Below, piece by piece: positions 36,105 to 45,457 of a DNA stretch of 61,628 bases (the first letter of the stretch is position 1; every line of letters begins with the position of its first letter). Where the stretch lies: positions 1 through 61,628 of IMG/VR virus record IMGVR_UViG_3300044840_000050; one strand, 5' to 3'. Position numbers and translations under genes: made by a program. This stretch comes from a virus (taxonomy: Duplodnaviria; Caudoviricetes). The notes under the pieces are model-generated. The model was given only the letters and a program-made list of their open reading frames with translations. It did no database searches and was not told the DNA's origin.

Positions 36105-39100
36105 ATGGCTACGACCACCACGCCGCTTCCGGCGCTGCACTTGCCGCGCTTCGGCAACGTCATGCCGAACGACATCATCAAACGGCTCATCGATCTCGAG
36201 CAGTTGCTGATGACCGGCTACCTGCCCGGCACGACGAACACGGGCGGAACGAAGTTTCTGCAGGGCTCGCACGCGAACCCGGTCACCGCGGACACGACGC
36301 TCGACAGTTATGGGACGGGCGGCTCGACGTGGCTGCTACGCGCCGCGAACGGCGCGATGGCCCTCCCGAACTCCACGGTGAACGGCGACTTCCTCGGCTC
36401 CTTCGCGTTCGGCGGTTACGGCACGAACTCGTTCGGGTTCTCCCGGCCGGGCATGTACGCGTTCGCGGAAGAGGACTGGGCCGACAACGCCCAGGCGTCG
36501 CGCCTCTCGTTCCTGACGACCGATACGGGACATGGGAACTCGACAGAAGCGGCCCGGTTCGTCCCGGCCGGCGGTTTCGTGAACGGCGACATCCCGAACC
36601 TCGCACGGGACTCGGACGGCATCGCGATCGTCACGACGAACGGTTCTCCGACGATCACGGCGTTCAGCGGCTCCTACACGTTCAAGACGTCGGACATCGG
36701 CCGCCGCGTACGCGGCTCGAACCCCGACCCGATCCCGTACGGCACCATCATCTTCGACGTCGCATCCGATGGCACATCAGCGAGGATGAGTAGTAACGCC
36801 ACCTCTACGAGCGCGTTGGCGATCGTGACTCTCGGTGGCCCGTTCGGAACGGGGGGCGACGCCTACTCGCTGGCCCCGTACGCGACCCGAACGAACGCGA
36901 TCTTTGCCGGGCATTCGTCGTATGTGCCGTTCGGTTCCGGAACTTCCGACCCGCATGAGTACGTGGTGCATTTCACCGTCATCGACGACGTGTGGGATGA
37001 CGTGGTCGGTTCCCAAGCCTCGTCGATCATTCCGGGCGGGCGGGGCCTGTACCAGCTCGAAGGCACACGAACGATCGGTCCGAATCACCGGCCTATCGAC
37101 GCGGTGGGTGGGCCGACATGGAACCTCAGCCTCGGGTTCGCTCCGATGGCCGGCAACTTCGATGTCGCGCCCGGCGGGACGATCACCGGCATCTCTGACA
37201 GTTCGTGGTTCAACGCGAGCAGCAACGGCCAGTCGTTCTCGATGTTCGCGAACTCGTCTCACTGGGCGAACAAGCTATTCGTCGCTTCTGCGGGCGGCAC
37301 CATGTTGATGGGGGAGGTCACCGACTTCATCACTGTCGACGCGTTGGAGCGAGCACAGTCGCACCCGATTCTCGGGACGGGCGCCGCGGCGTTCATGGGC
37401 CGATGGACCGGCTACTACGCGCAGTCGCCCGGCATCAACGGGCACACTCCGTTCGCGCCGGTGACGATCGGGCGTGCTGTCCATTTCGATGCGGGCGCGC
37501 AACGGTTCCGTAACCCCACGGTCACGACGGCCGCGAACTCGCGGGTCGTGACCGCCGCGACGACCGTATTCCGCGACGAGGATCTGGGCGCGGTCGTTTT
37601 CAGTCTCATCCCCGCCACCTACAACCCGTCGACCGCGTACTCGGTGTTCGACAACGTGTTCTATCTCGGCCGCATCTTCGTCTGCGCGACCGCGGGTACC
37701 GGGCACACCCCACCGACGACCGCGACGGACAACACATGGTGGCAGTACCTCTGCCAGGCGCCGCTACGTCTGTTCATCACGAAGGTGATCAGCGGAACGC
37801 AGGCAGAGGTCAACGTGAAGATCCCGGCCGCGTTCACCGGCGTTATGAAGATGAACGACGTGATGCTCGAGCCGATAGGGGGCGAGGCATACGCCGGTGA
37901 TGCCGTGTACGCCAAGGGCGCGCGGGTGCAGTATCTCGGGGAGTCGTTCATCTGTAACACGGCGGGCACGACCGGCGGGAACGCGCCGCAACTCAACGCC
38001 GCGTTCGACCTCGACTACGAGGTGCCACGGAACGCCGGGCTGCGGACCGCGTCGCCGATGGTGTACACGACGATCGGGAACCAGAACGTCACGGGTTCCG
38101 GCGTGCAGATCAACCCGGTCGGGGGAGTCGTTCGGATCACGTCGAGCGCGGATGTGACACTCACCGCGCCGGGCGTCTACATCGGCAACCTGATGGACGG
38201 CGCCCATTTCACGGTCATCAACCGTGGGGCGTACACGATCACCGTCCCGGCGAGCCTGAACGTCCCGAAGGCATGTGTTCTCGCTCCGGGTGACGCGGTG
38301 ACCTGGCGGTACGAGTTCGGTGGCCTGATCGGCGTACTCGTCGAAATGTCGGGGCCGAAGGCGTCGTCGTTCATTCAGACGTTCACGCAGATCTCGGACG
38401 TGACCGGGAACCAGGGCAACCCGCTCCACGTGCAAGTCAATGACACTGTCGACTACGTCGGCCCGAACCTCGGCTTTCTCGGCGGGTTCACGCCGAAGAC
38501 CACGCAGACATTCGTCGGCGCGGCGTTCGACGGCACGAACGGCTACCCGGCCGTCATGCAAGGCCCGACCGGCCACTTCCAGATCGACGGGCTCACGGAA
38601 TGGCACTACGACGCGGGCGGGTTCGGTCAGGCCGCGGCGATTATCCAGACCGCCACGACACATAAGAACGGCCCGCGGGTGACCGTCGCGGACGTGCATC
38701 TCACGAACGGCTCCGCGACGATCACCTCCGCGACCGCGGCGTTCCTCACGACTGACACCAACGCCTATTTCACCGCCAGTGTTGCGGGCGTCCCGCGCGG
38801 CACGACACTCGTGTACGTCAACGCGACGACCGCGACCATGCAACGGTGGTCGGTCGCTTCCGCCGCGTTCGTCCCCTCGTTGTACACGGGTACGACGACA
38901 ACGACCGCAGTCGGGAGTATCTGGCGACCGTTGAATCTCCCGTCCGCGGCGTTGATCAACAACTCGCCGTCATGGGTGGCGGACAAGGTCACGACCGGTA
39001 TCGCGAACGAGTTCACGATCAACGCGCCCGGCTTGCAGTCCGGGTATGGGAACCCGCCCGGCATCTACGGCATCACCGACGACCAATACTTTTCCGGTGT

Positions 39101-41510
39101 CGACGGCGGCTGGCTCAACGCGAGCGCAGCGTCGGGCGGCACGGACCGGTACAGCGTCGGGTTCTGGTCGTTGCCGGTCTGGTACGGGCACGTCAACATG
39201 GCCGCCCGTTACGACATCTTCTTGTCGGAAGCGGCGATCTACACCGACGGGTTCACGACCGCCGCGGATGGTGTGTGTTCGTCTACGGGGACTACGGCCC
39301 AGAAGCGGACGATCACCAGCCCGACCGCGAAGTTCACGAGGTCGCATCTCAAAACGTCGATTCACGGTGACGGCATCCCCGCGTTCGCGTTCATCGACGA
39401 CGTCATCGACGCGCACACCGCGGTGATCCAGATCGACTGCATCGGGACGTTCACGAACGCCGTCTGGACTGTCGACGGCAACACGCCGGTACTCGACAAG
39501 CATGTCGGCCTGTACGTGCAGTCCCAACGCCAAGCGTCGAAGAACTGGTCGATCGTGATCAACTCGCCGTTCGTCGCGTATGACGTCGATTCGGTGTACT
39601 CGTCGCCGCTGTTCAAGGACGCCGGTCTCGTGCTCGGGTCCGGGGCACTGTTCTCGATCCAGAACGCGTACACGCTCGACTTTGCGAACGCTTCGACGGG
39701 ATCGATGTTCCAGTCGACGGCGACGTGGAGGTTCCGTCAGTCCGGTAGCGCGGTCGGTTCCGGGACCATGATCCAGAACGCCGCGACGTATAAGAACAAC
39801 CGGCGTACCAGCGCGGCTGACGGTCATACGACGACCGGGTCGACGACGATCACGTCGCCGTCCATGAAGTTCACTGCGGGCGACGTGGGCGCGACGATTT
39901 CCGGTACCGGCGTACCGGTAAAGAAGACGACGACGGCGACCGGGATCACGACGAGCGGAAACGCGACCATCAGTGCGTCGTCGTCGACGTTCGCATCTAC
40001 CGACGTCGGTCGACCCATTACTGGCGCCGGCCTGGCGGCGAACTCGACGATCGCCAGCTTTATCAGCACGACCTCGGTGACCGTGACCCCGGTCGCGACT
40101 TCCTCAACGACACTGACCGTGTTCACGATTCCGGCCGCGTCGATAGCGTCGGTGACGATCGTGGGAAGCGCGGACATGGACGCGACCGCGCTCGCGACGA
40201 ACACGAACACGGTGTTCACGGTCGCGGCGAACGTCACCCTAACCGCCGTGACGGGCGTGTCGATGCAACCCACGTTCCTCGCTGACGGCGTCCCCTTCCC
40301 CACGAGTAACAACGTCGACTTCTCCTCGAACGCGACGTACGGCGGCACCAACGGGGGCGCGATATCGACGCTCTCGTCGAACACATCGTTCCAGTCGCTG
40401 TTGACGCTCGACGCGACGGTGACGCTGTTCACCCGCGTCGGTCTGCGCGTTTTCGACATCACCGGTGCGGGTTCCGTCGGCGTGAACTACGGCATCCTGA
40501 TCGACGCCCTCGCAAACGGCACGGTCGACAACTGGGGTGTCTACAATAACGCGAAGACGTACCTCGGCGGTATGACCGTCAGCACCGCAGGTGTCGTGGC
40601 GGGGACGCACAACCTGTTCACCACGGACGGCGTCTACACCACGGTGACCGGAGGGTTCGGGGCGTTCGGCGTCAAGTATGTCGACAATACGTTTACGCCG
40701 ACGTTGGTTCTCGCCCGCGGGAAAACGACGGGCGGGTTCGTCGCGGTGGGTGACACGCTCGGGACGATCCTGTTCGAGGGTGCGACGAACTCGGGTGCTA
40801 CGGCATTCGCGGGTGGCGCAGGCGTCCGCGGCGTGGCCGAAGAAGCAGGCGGCACCGGCACAACCCACGGTGGGGGACGGGTCGAGATCCTCGCCTCCCC
40901 GATCGGCGCGATAGCGACCGGTGTCGCCGCAGCGTTCGACAGCACGAAGGCGTTCCATCTTGTCCCGACCTACACGTCGGGACGCATCACAGGGTCCGCG
41001 CTCGCGATCAAGGCAGACGGTTCTGTCTGGGTCGGCCCGACCGCGTACGACGCTACGACTCACCAGCCAACCGCGGCAGGTCTCATCATCTCGAGTCTCG
41101 GTGGCCTGACGAGCGGGAGCGGCATCCTTTCAACATCACCGTCGGTCGGTGTTGGCTACACGGTCGGTTCGGGCGGTGCGTGGACGCAGGCGACGTCGAA
41201 GGCGACGGCGGTCGGGACCGCGCAAGCTACGAGCACGAACACGAACGCGATCAACGGACGCATCACCCTCAACGCGGCGGCGCTCGCATCGTTGACGAAC
41301 GTGTCGTTCACGTTCACGAACTCGGCAATCGCCGCCGGCGACGTACTGCCGGTGATGCACCAGTCGGGCGGTACGGCGGGCGCGTATCAGTGTTGGGCGT
41401 CGGCAATGGCGGCGGGGTCATGCACGATCACGGTCCGGAACGCGACCGCTGGTTCGCTCAGTGAGGCGATCGTTATCGGCTTCGCAGTGATCAAGTCCGT
41501 AAACAACTAA
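36105..41510 (+). CDS. large tail fibre/receptor-binding protein (1801 aa)
   Basis: T/G/A/S-rich, repeated beta modules and CBM-like inserts; start chosen after the upstream stop. Confidence 0.82.
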   Translation: MATTTTPLPALHLPRFGNVMPNDIIKRLIDLEQLLMTGYLPGTTNTGGTKFLQGSHANPVTADTTLDSYGTGGSTWLLRAANGAMALPNSTVNGDFLGSFAFGGYGTNSFGFSRPGMYAFAEEDWADNAQASRLSFLTTDTGHGNSTEAARFVPAGGFVNGDIPNLARDSDGIAIVTTNGSPTITAFSGSYTFKTSDIGRRVRGSNPDPIPYGTIIFDVASDGTSARMSSNATSTSALAIVTLGGPFGTGGDAYSLAPYATRTNAIFAGHSSYVPFGSGTSDPHEYVVHFTVIDDVWDDVVGSQASSIIPGGRGLYQLEGTRTIGPNHRPIDAVGGPTWNLSLGFAPMAGNFDVAPGGTITGISDSSWFNASSNGQSFSMFANSSHWANKLFVASAGGTMLMGEVTDFITVDALERAQSHPILGTGAAAFMGRWTGYYAQSPGINGHTPFAPVTIGRAVHFDAGAQRFRNPTVTTAANSRVVTAATTVFRDEDLGAVVFSLIPATYNPSTAYSVFDNVFYLGRIFVCATAGTGHTPPTTATDNTWWQYLCQAPLRLFITKVISGTQAEVNVKIPAAFTGVMKMNDVMLEPIGGEAYAGDAVYAKGARVQYLGESFICNTAGTTGGNAPQLNAAFDLDYEVPRNAGLRTASPMVYTTIGNQNVTGSGVQINPVGGVVRITSSADVTLTAPGVYIGNLMDGAHFTVINRGAYTITVPASLNVPKACVLAPGDAVTWRYEFGGLIGVLVEMSGPKASSFIQTFTQISDVTGNQGNPLHVQVNDTVDYVGPNLGFLGGFTPKTTQTFVGAAFDGTNGYPAVMQGPTGHFQIDGLTEWHYDAGGFGQAAAIIQTATTHKNGPRVTVADVHLTNGSATITSATAAFLTTDTNAYFTASVAGVPRGTTLVYVNATTATMQRWSVASAAFVPSLYTGTTTTTAVGSIWRPLNLPSAALINNSPSWVADKVTTGIANEFTINAPGLQSGYGNPPGIYGITDDQYFSGVDGGWLNASAASGGTDRYSVGFWSLPVWYGHVNMAARYDIFLSEAAIYTDGFTTAADGVCSSTGTTAQKRTITSPTAKFTRSHLKTSIHGDGIPAFAFIDDVIDAHTAVIQIDCIGTFTNAVWTVDGNTPVLDKHVGLYVQSQRQASKNWSIVINSPFVAYDVDSVYSSPLFKDAGLVLGSGALFSIQNAYTLDFANASTGSMFQSTATWRFRQSGSAVGSGTMIQNAATYKNNRRTSAADGHTTTGSTTITSPSMKFTAGDVGATISGTGVPVKKTTTATGITTSGNATISASSSTFASTDVGRPITGAGLAANSTIASFISTTSVTVTPVATSSTTLTVFTIPAASIASVTIVGSADMDATALATNTNTVFTVAANVTLTAVTGVSMQPTFLADGVPFPTSNNVDFSSNATYGGTNGGAISTLSSNTSFQSLLTLDATVTLFTRVGLRVFDITGAGSVGVNYGILIDALANGTVDNWGVYNNAKTYLGGMTVSTAGVVAGTHNLFTTDGVYTTVTGGFGAFGVKYVDNTFTPTLVLARGKTTGGFVAVGDTLGTILFEGATNSGATAFAGGAGVRGVAEEAGGTGTTHGGGRVEILASPIGAIATGVAAAFDSTKAFHLVPTYTSGRITGSALAIKADGSVWVGPTAYDATTHQPTAAGLIISSLGGLTSGSGILSTSPSVGVGYTVGSGGAWTQATSKATAVGTAQATSTNTNAINGRITLNAAALASLTNVSFTFTNSAIAAGDVLPVMHQSGGTAGAYQCWASAMAAGSCTITVRNATAGSLSEAIVIGFAVIKSVNN

Positions 41511-41529
41511 CCAACAAAGGGGACATGTA

Positions 41530-41760
41530 ATGAGCATGGCAGAGAATGGTTCCAACGCGCCCGAACTCACGGTCGATCAGGCCCTCGCGAACGTCGCACG
41601 CGGTTGTGCGATGGCTCCCGGCAATTTGCAGGATCATCAGTTGATGCAGGCGTCGTTGCAGGTTTTGGCGACGACGTTGCGTCAGGCTGCGGAGGCGGCG
41701 GTTCCGGAGTCGGAGGAAGTGGCCGATCAGCCGAACCGTGCGATGCGACGGACGAAGTAA
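41530..41760 (+). CDS. hypothetical protein (possible fibre chaperone)
   Basis: AAGGGG RBS; follows the fibre gene. Confidence 0.6.
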   Translation: MSMAENGSNAPELTVDQALANVARGCAMAPGNLQDHQLMQASLQVLATTLRQAAEAAVPESEEVADQPNRAMRRTK

Positions 41761-42437
41761 TGGCCGTCAACATCGTGAAGATTCACCACGAGGGGGGTGG
41801 CAACCCTCACGACGACCCCGGCCATTCGGGGACGATGGGCTACTCCATCTGGATCGGCCCGTCGCGGTACACGTTGCTCCGCCCACCGTGGCAGGACTTC
41901 GCGACACTCAACCTCAACCATGTCGTCATGTCGTGCTGCTTCAGCGGCCAACGCCACGCCGGCATCTCGGGCGACCCGGCGCATCCGATCACCGACACCG
42001 AGATCGGTCTCCTGCGCGCGGCGGTCGAAGACGCACGCCGAAAAGGTTGGGTGACGAACACCCCCGCCGTGTCGCCCCACGACAACCTCTTCGGTTCCGC
42101 TACGGCATGTCCCGGTTCCGAGGCGTACGCCCGCTGGGTCGACATCGTGAACGCCTGTTACGTGAACACAATCCCGCCCCCCGCACCAGAGGATGACGAC
42201 ATGGAAAGTTACCGATACCCGCACCCCGCGGACCCGAACAAGTTCTCCGGCGCGGTCATTGACCGGGCGAACAAGCGGGTGCAGCTGTACGGCAACGCGA
42301 AGATCAACCAGCCGACCGTGGCAGGCGTGTTCTGGGGTACCCCGAACCCGAACGGCATCCTCACGTCGTATGCCGAACCGAACGGGTTCTGTGTCGTCAC
42401 GACCGATTCGGACGAGTATCACCTTTCCTGGGTGTGA
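41760..42437 (+). CDS. endolysin, Amidase_2-like N-acetylmuramoyl-L-alanine amidase
   Basis: IHHEGG, YSIWIG, PH...ATACPG zinc-amidase pattern; start of lysis region. Confidence 0.75.
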   Translation: MAVNIVKIHHEGGGNPHDDPGHSGTMGYSIWIGPSRYTLLRPPWQDFATLNLNHVVMSCCFSGQRHAGISGDPAHPITDTEIGLLRAAVEDARRKGWVTNTPAVSPHDNLFGSATACPGSEAYARWVDIVNACYVNTIPPPAPEDDDMESYRYPHPADPNKFSGAVIDRANKRVQLYGNAKINQPTVAGVFWGTPNPNGILTSYAEPNGFCVVTTDSDEYHLSWV

Positions 42438-42486
42438 GATGAGTCTCGTTCATGGACGAGCGCCGAGCTAGAAGAGGACCGGACAG

Positions 42487-42558
42487 ATGACAGAACCTAG
42501 GGATCAGCCGGGAGTTGACGCTCAGGGCTTCTCGGTACGCGACCCCACCGAAAACTAA
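42487..42558 (+). pseudogene. orphan 5' end of the 43159 gene
   Basis: MTEPRDQPGVDAQGFSVRDPTEN* matches GVDAQGQPVIDPTKN (11/15 aa). Confidence 0.8.
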
Positions 42559-43115
42559 ATGTGTTTCCACTTCTTGCGCTTCACGATGAGATTTACCTGA
42601 CCCGCAGTGACGCCGTACTCTCGGCCGAGCGATGCCATCGTTATGTCGCCCACAGCGTGTCGGCGACGAATCTCAAGCACCTCGGGAGCGGTCAGACGGG
42701 CCTGCGCATTGCGTTCCCCCATCGCCGCTCGCTCGGGATGAATACGCAGTCCGTTTCGATCACCGAGCGCCCGACTCTCTGGCCGTGTGTAGACGCCAGC
42801 CTTTTCACCGCTGGCCGTTCGGCCTTTCTCTACGCAGTCTCGCCTATTGTCGAGTTGAGTCCCAGCAAAGAGATGCTCGGGGCGAACGCAGAGCCCATTG
42901 TCGCAGCGGTGACAGACGAGCAACCCGTCGGGGATTGGTCCGATGAACTGTTCGTAGGCGAACCTATGTGCGCTCACGCATCGGCTTCCGACACTAAATA
43001 CGCCGTACCGACCAGCGCCCCCCGTCCATATCCAGCACGGCCCAAGTTCGGGCTGATGCTGGGGGATTGGCCCGAGCTTGTTGACTTTTGCCCAGAACCG
43101 TTCAATCGGCGTCAT
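42555..43115 (-). CDS. free-standing HNH endonuclease (paralog of 25866)
   Basis: CWIWTG, HRFAYE, VCHRCDNGLCVRPEHLFAGT; TAAACT -10 6 nt before ATG. Confidence 0.93.
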   Translation of the reverse strand: MTPIERFWAKVNKLGPIPQHQPELGPCWIWTGGAGRYGVFSVGSRCVSAHRFAYEQFIGPIPDGLLVCHRCDNGLCVRPEHLFAGTQLDNRRDCVEKGRTASGEKAGVYTRPESRALGDRNGLRIHPERAAMGERNAQARLTAPEVLEIRRRHAVGDITMASLGREYGVTAGQVNLIVKRKKWKHI

Positions 43116-43158
43116 CTCAACAGTTTATTGCACAGGTCGTCGGGTCGAAGGATGAGAC

Positions 43159-43695
43159 ATGGCTAAGGAAGGAGTCCCCGGTCTGGGGGTAGATGCACAG
43201 GGCCAACCGGTCATAGATCCCACTAAAAACGTCTCAGACACTGTCGAAGCGGCCGTCAAGCGGCTCGATGATATCGCCTTGCTTAGGGCTTATTACATCG
43301 AGCGGGAGATGGAACTCCGGGCCGACTTCCAACATCAGCTCGACGCGAAGGAAGCGGCCCGTCTTGATGCCAACCGTTCGCAGGACCAGGACAACGCCCG
43401 ACGCCAGGCAGAGACGGCGCTCGCGGCCGTGCAAGCTCTCGCGACGCAGGTCCCGATCACGGCGGACGCCGTGCGTAGCGCGTCGGCGGCATCGCTGAAC
43501 CCGATCCAAGAGCGGCTGACGCAGATCGAGCGGATTCAGTATGAGCAGGCCGGGCAGAAGGCGGGCGTGGTTGAGACGAAAACGGACCGGGGCGCGAACT
43601 CGGCGCTCGTGTTCGGTGCCATCGGGGCACTGGTCGGCGTGTTCGGATTCCTGCTCGGCGCGGGCAGTCTCATCTTCGTCGTCGTTCACGGCTAG
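43159..43695 (+). CDS. membrane protein, coiled coil plus C-terminal TM (lysis region)
   Basis: LVFGAIGALVGVFGFLLGAGSLIFVVV. Confidence 0.75.
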   Translation: MAKEGVPGLGVDAQGQPVIDPTKNVSDTVEAAVKRLDDIALLRAYYIEREMELRADFQHQLDAKEAARLDANRSQDQDNARRQAETALAAVQALATQVPITADAVRSASAASLNPIQERLTQIERIQYEQAGQKAGVVETKTDRGANSALVFGAIGALVGVFGFLLGAGSLIFVVVHG

Positions 43696-43704
43696 GAGAA
43701 TCCC

Positions 43705-43773
43705 GTGGGTGGTTTGATCGGTCTGCTCGTTGTCATCGTCCTAATCGTCATCGTCGTCAGGATTCTGTTGTGA
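43705..43773 (+). CDS. 22-aa single-TM peptide
   Basis: AGGAG RBS; MGGLIGLLVVIVLIVIVVRILL. Confidence 0.6.
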   Translation: MGGLIGLLVVIVLIVIVVRILL

Positions 43774-43961
43774 TGCTTGCCGTACACACCATGTCCGCCG
43801 GGACCGAAGCGGTCCTCTACTTCATCGCGCTAGTGGCGTTCGTCGTCGCTGCGATCTTCGCGTTCGTGACTGCACCCCGTGCGATCTGGGCGATCCTCGT
43901 CGCTTCCGGTCTCGCGCTATTCGCGCTAGTGCTCTTCTGGAATAGCGCGGCGCTGGCCTAA
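43773..43961 (+). CDS. two-TM membrane protein
   Basis: two hydrophobic helices. Confidence 0.7.
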   Translation: MLAVHTMSAGTEAVLYFIALVAFVVAAIFAFVTAPRAIWAILVASGLALFALVLFWNSAALA

Positions 43962-43990
43962 CCGACGACACCGTTCACTAGGAGACATGG

Positions 43991-44467
43991 ATGTTCGCGT
44001 CGGGCGGAATGAGCGAAGTGGGCTGGGCGGTCGTATCAGCCCTCGCGGTCATGGCGTCGGTCGGGTTCGTGATCTGGATGCGGAAGGCCGCGAAGAAAGC
44101 GTTCATGGCCTGGTTCTCCATCGCGATCGACACGCATGTCGAACCGAAGTTTGAGGGGTTGAAACAGCAGGCCCTCGATTCCGCAGCCGCAGTGAAAGAA
44201 GAGCTGCGGATACATACTGCTGAGGAAGGTGCGGTCGTTCGGCTGGTGGTCCAAGAAGAAGTCGCTCCTCTGCGGGCGATACTTGATAGCCGCAACGAGA
44301 TGTTCGACCACCTAGAGGGTTCTCTTACGGCGACGCAGGACAAGTTGTCGGAGCACATGGCTCACGACGACGCCGTGATGGAACGAGTCGGTGCCGATCT
44401 GCGCGCCGGTCAGGCTGCGTTGCTGCGGACCATCACCCGTAACCAGGACCGCGATATCGACAAGTAA
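43991..44467 (+). CDS. membrane protein (N-terminal TM, coiled coil)
   Basis: AGGAG RBS; WAVVSALAVMASVGFVIW. Confidence 0.7.
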   Translation: MFASGGMSEVGWAVVSALAVMASVGFVIWMRKAAKKAFMAWFSIAIDTHVEPKFEGLKQQALDSAAAVKEELRIHTAEEGAVVRLVVQEEVAPLRAILDSRNEMFDHLEGSLTATQDKLSEHMAHDDAVMERVGADLRAGQAALLRTITRNQDRDIDK

Positions 44468-44527
44468 CCGCGCGTCCGGGCGACGCGTGCAAAGCAGAGA
44501 AAACACCCTCCACCAAAGGGAGTGATC

Positions 44528-45457
44528 ATGCGCGCACGTTTCCTCGCGACATTTGTCGCGCTCGCAACCATCTTCGGCCTCGCCGGCCCAGCCCCCGAAG
44601 CGGGCGCTATCACCGGCCATCCGACACCAACCAACGTCGGAGTCCAAGGGAGCACGACCGCCTATACGGGGCCGTACACGATCACCTCCTGCGGGACGGT
44701 CATCGACCACAAAAGCATCGTGAACCACGACCTGATGATCCGGGCCGGGAACGGGCACGACGACGAAGCGCATCCGTGCGTGACGATCACGAACTCGATC
44801 ATCTACGGCGGCATCATCGACGACGGATACACCGGCCAGGGTTACGGGCCACTGTTGATGAACGACTCGACCGTCATCAACCTCACGACCCGCGACGTCG
44901 CATGCGTCAGTGACACCCGGCTCTACATGCACCGTGACTACGTGTCGGGCTGCCGGTCCGGAGTGCAGACCGACGGGTACACGTCGCTGACCGATAACTA
45001 CCTGCTCGCGGATCGCGAGTCCGGCAGCGCGCACATGGACGGGTTCATCACGAACGGCATGTACGGCACCCCACTCATGCTGCAGAACAACACGTTCGAG
45101 TGCAACGCAACGCTCGGTGACCCGGTCCCGAACGGTGCGGGCTGCGCGGCCGACGCCGCGATCTACCCGGACTTCAGTGCCGAGTCAGGCGTGAACGTCT
45201 GGGGGAACCTGTTCAAAGCCTCGCAGGGCGGCATGTACTACTGCTTCCACTCGCCGTACGAGGCGGGGAAACCGACGTACGGGACCGCGGGCCGGAACAA
45301 CATCATCGTCGGGAACGACTTCGAGTCCGGCAGCTCAGGGAAGTGTGGCAACTCGAACGCCGTGTACGACTGGAACAACGTCGCCGGCTTGTGGTGCAAC
45401 AACACGTTCACCGCTACTGGTGCGGACGTGCATCCGTCGACGCCGGACAACTGCTGA
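44528..45457 (+). CDS. secreted beta-helix (pectin-lyase-like) protein
   Basis: signal peptide MRARFLATFVALATIFGLA...AGA; N/G/D/C-rich repeats, HMDGF. Confidence 0.7.
   Translation: MRARFLATFVALATIFGLAGPAPEAGAITGHPTPTNVGVQGSTTAYTGPYTITSCGTVIDHKSIVNHDLMIRAGNGHDDEAHPCVTITNSIIYGGIIDDGYTGQGYGPLLMNDSTVINLTTRDVACVSDTRLYMHRDYVSGCRSGVQTDGYTSLTDNYLLADRESGSAHMDGFITNGMYGTPLMLQNNTFECNATLGDPVPNGAGCAADAAIYPDFSAESGVNVWGNLFKASQGGMYYCFHSPYEAGKPTYGTAGRNNIIVGNDFESGSSGKCGNSNAVYDWNNVAGLWCNNTFTATGADVHPSTPDNC

Noticed and set aside
4131-41063. Many long minus-strand ORFs (e.g. 4131-5411, 14152-15531, 15056-16240, 37764-38843)
   Set aside because: Shadow frames of high-GC + strand genes; Arg/Gly/Val-rich with no motifs.
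36105-41510. Diversity-generating retroelement or invertible fibre cassette
   Set aside because: No reverse transcriptase or invertase; repeated segments differ at synonymous sites rather than at adenines.
19458-43158. HNH cassettes as group I introns or inteins
   Set aside because: Too little non-coding sequence for a ribozyme core, no intein motifs, and the affected genes are already intact through replacement termini.
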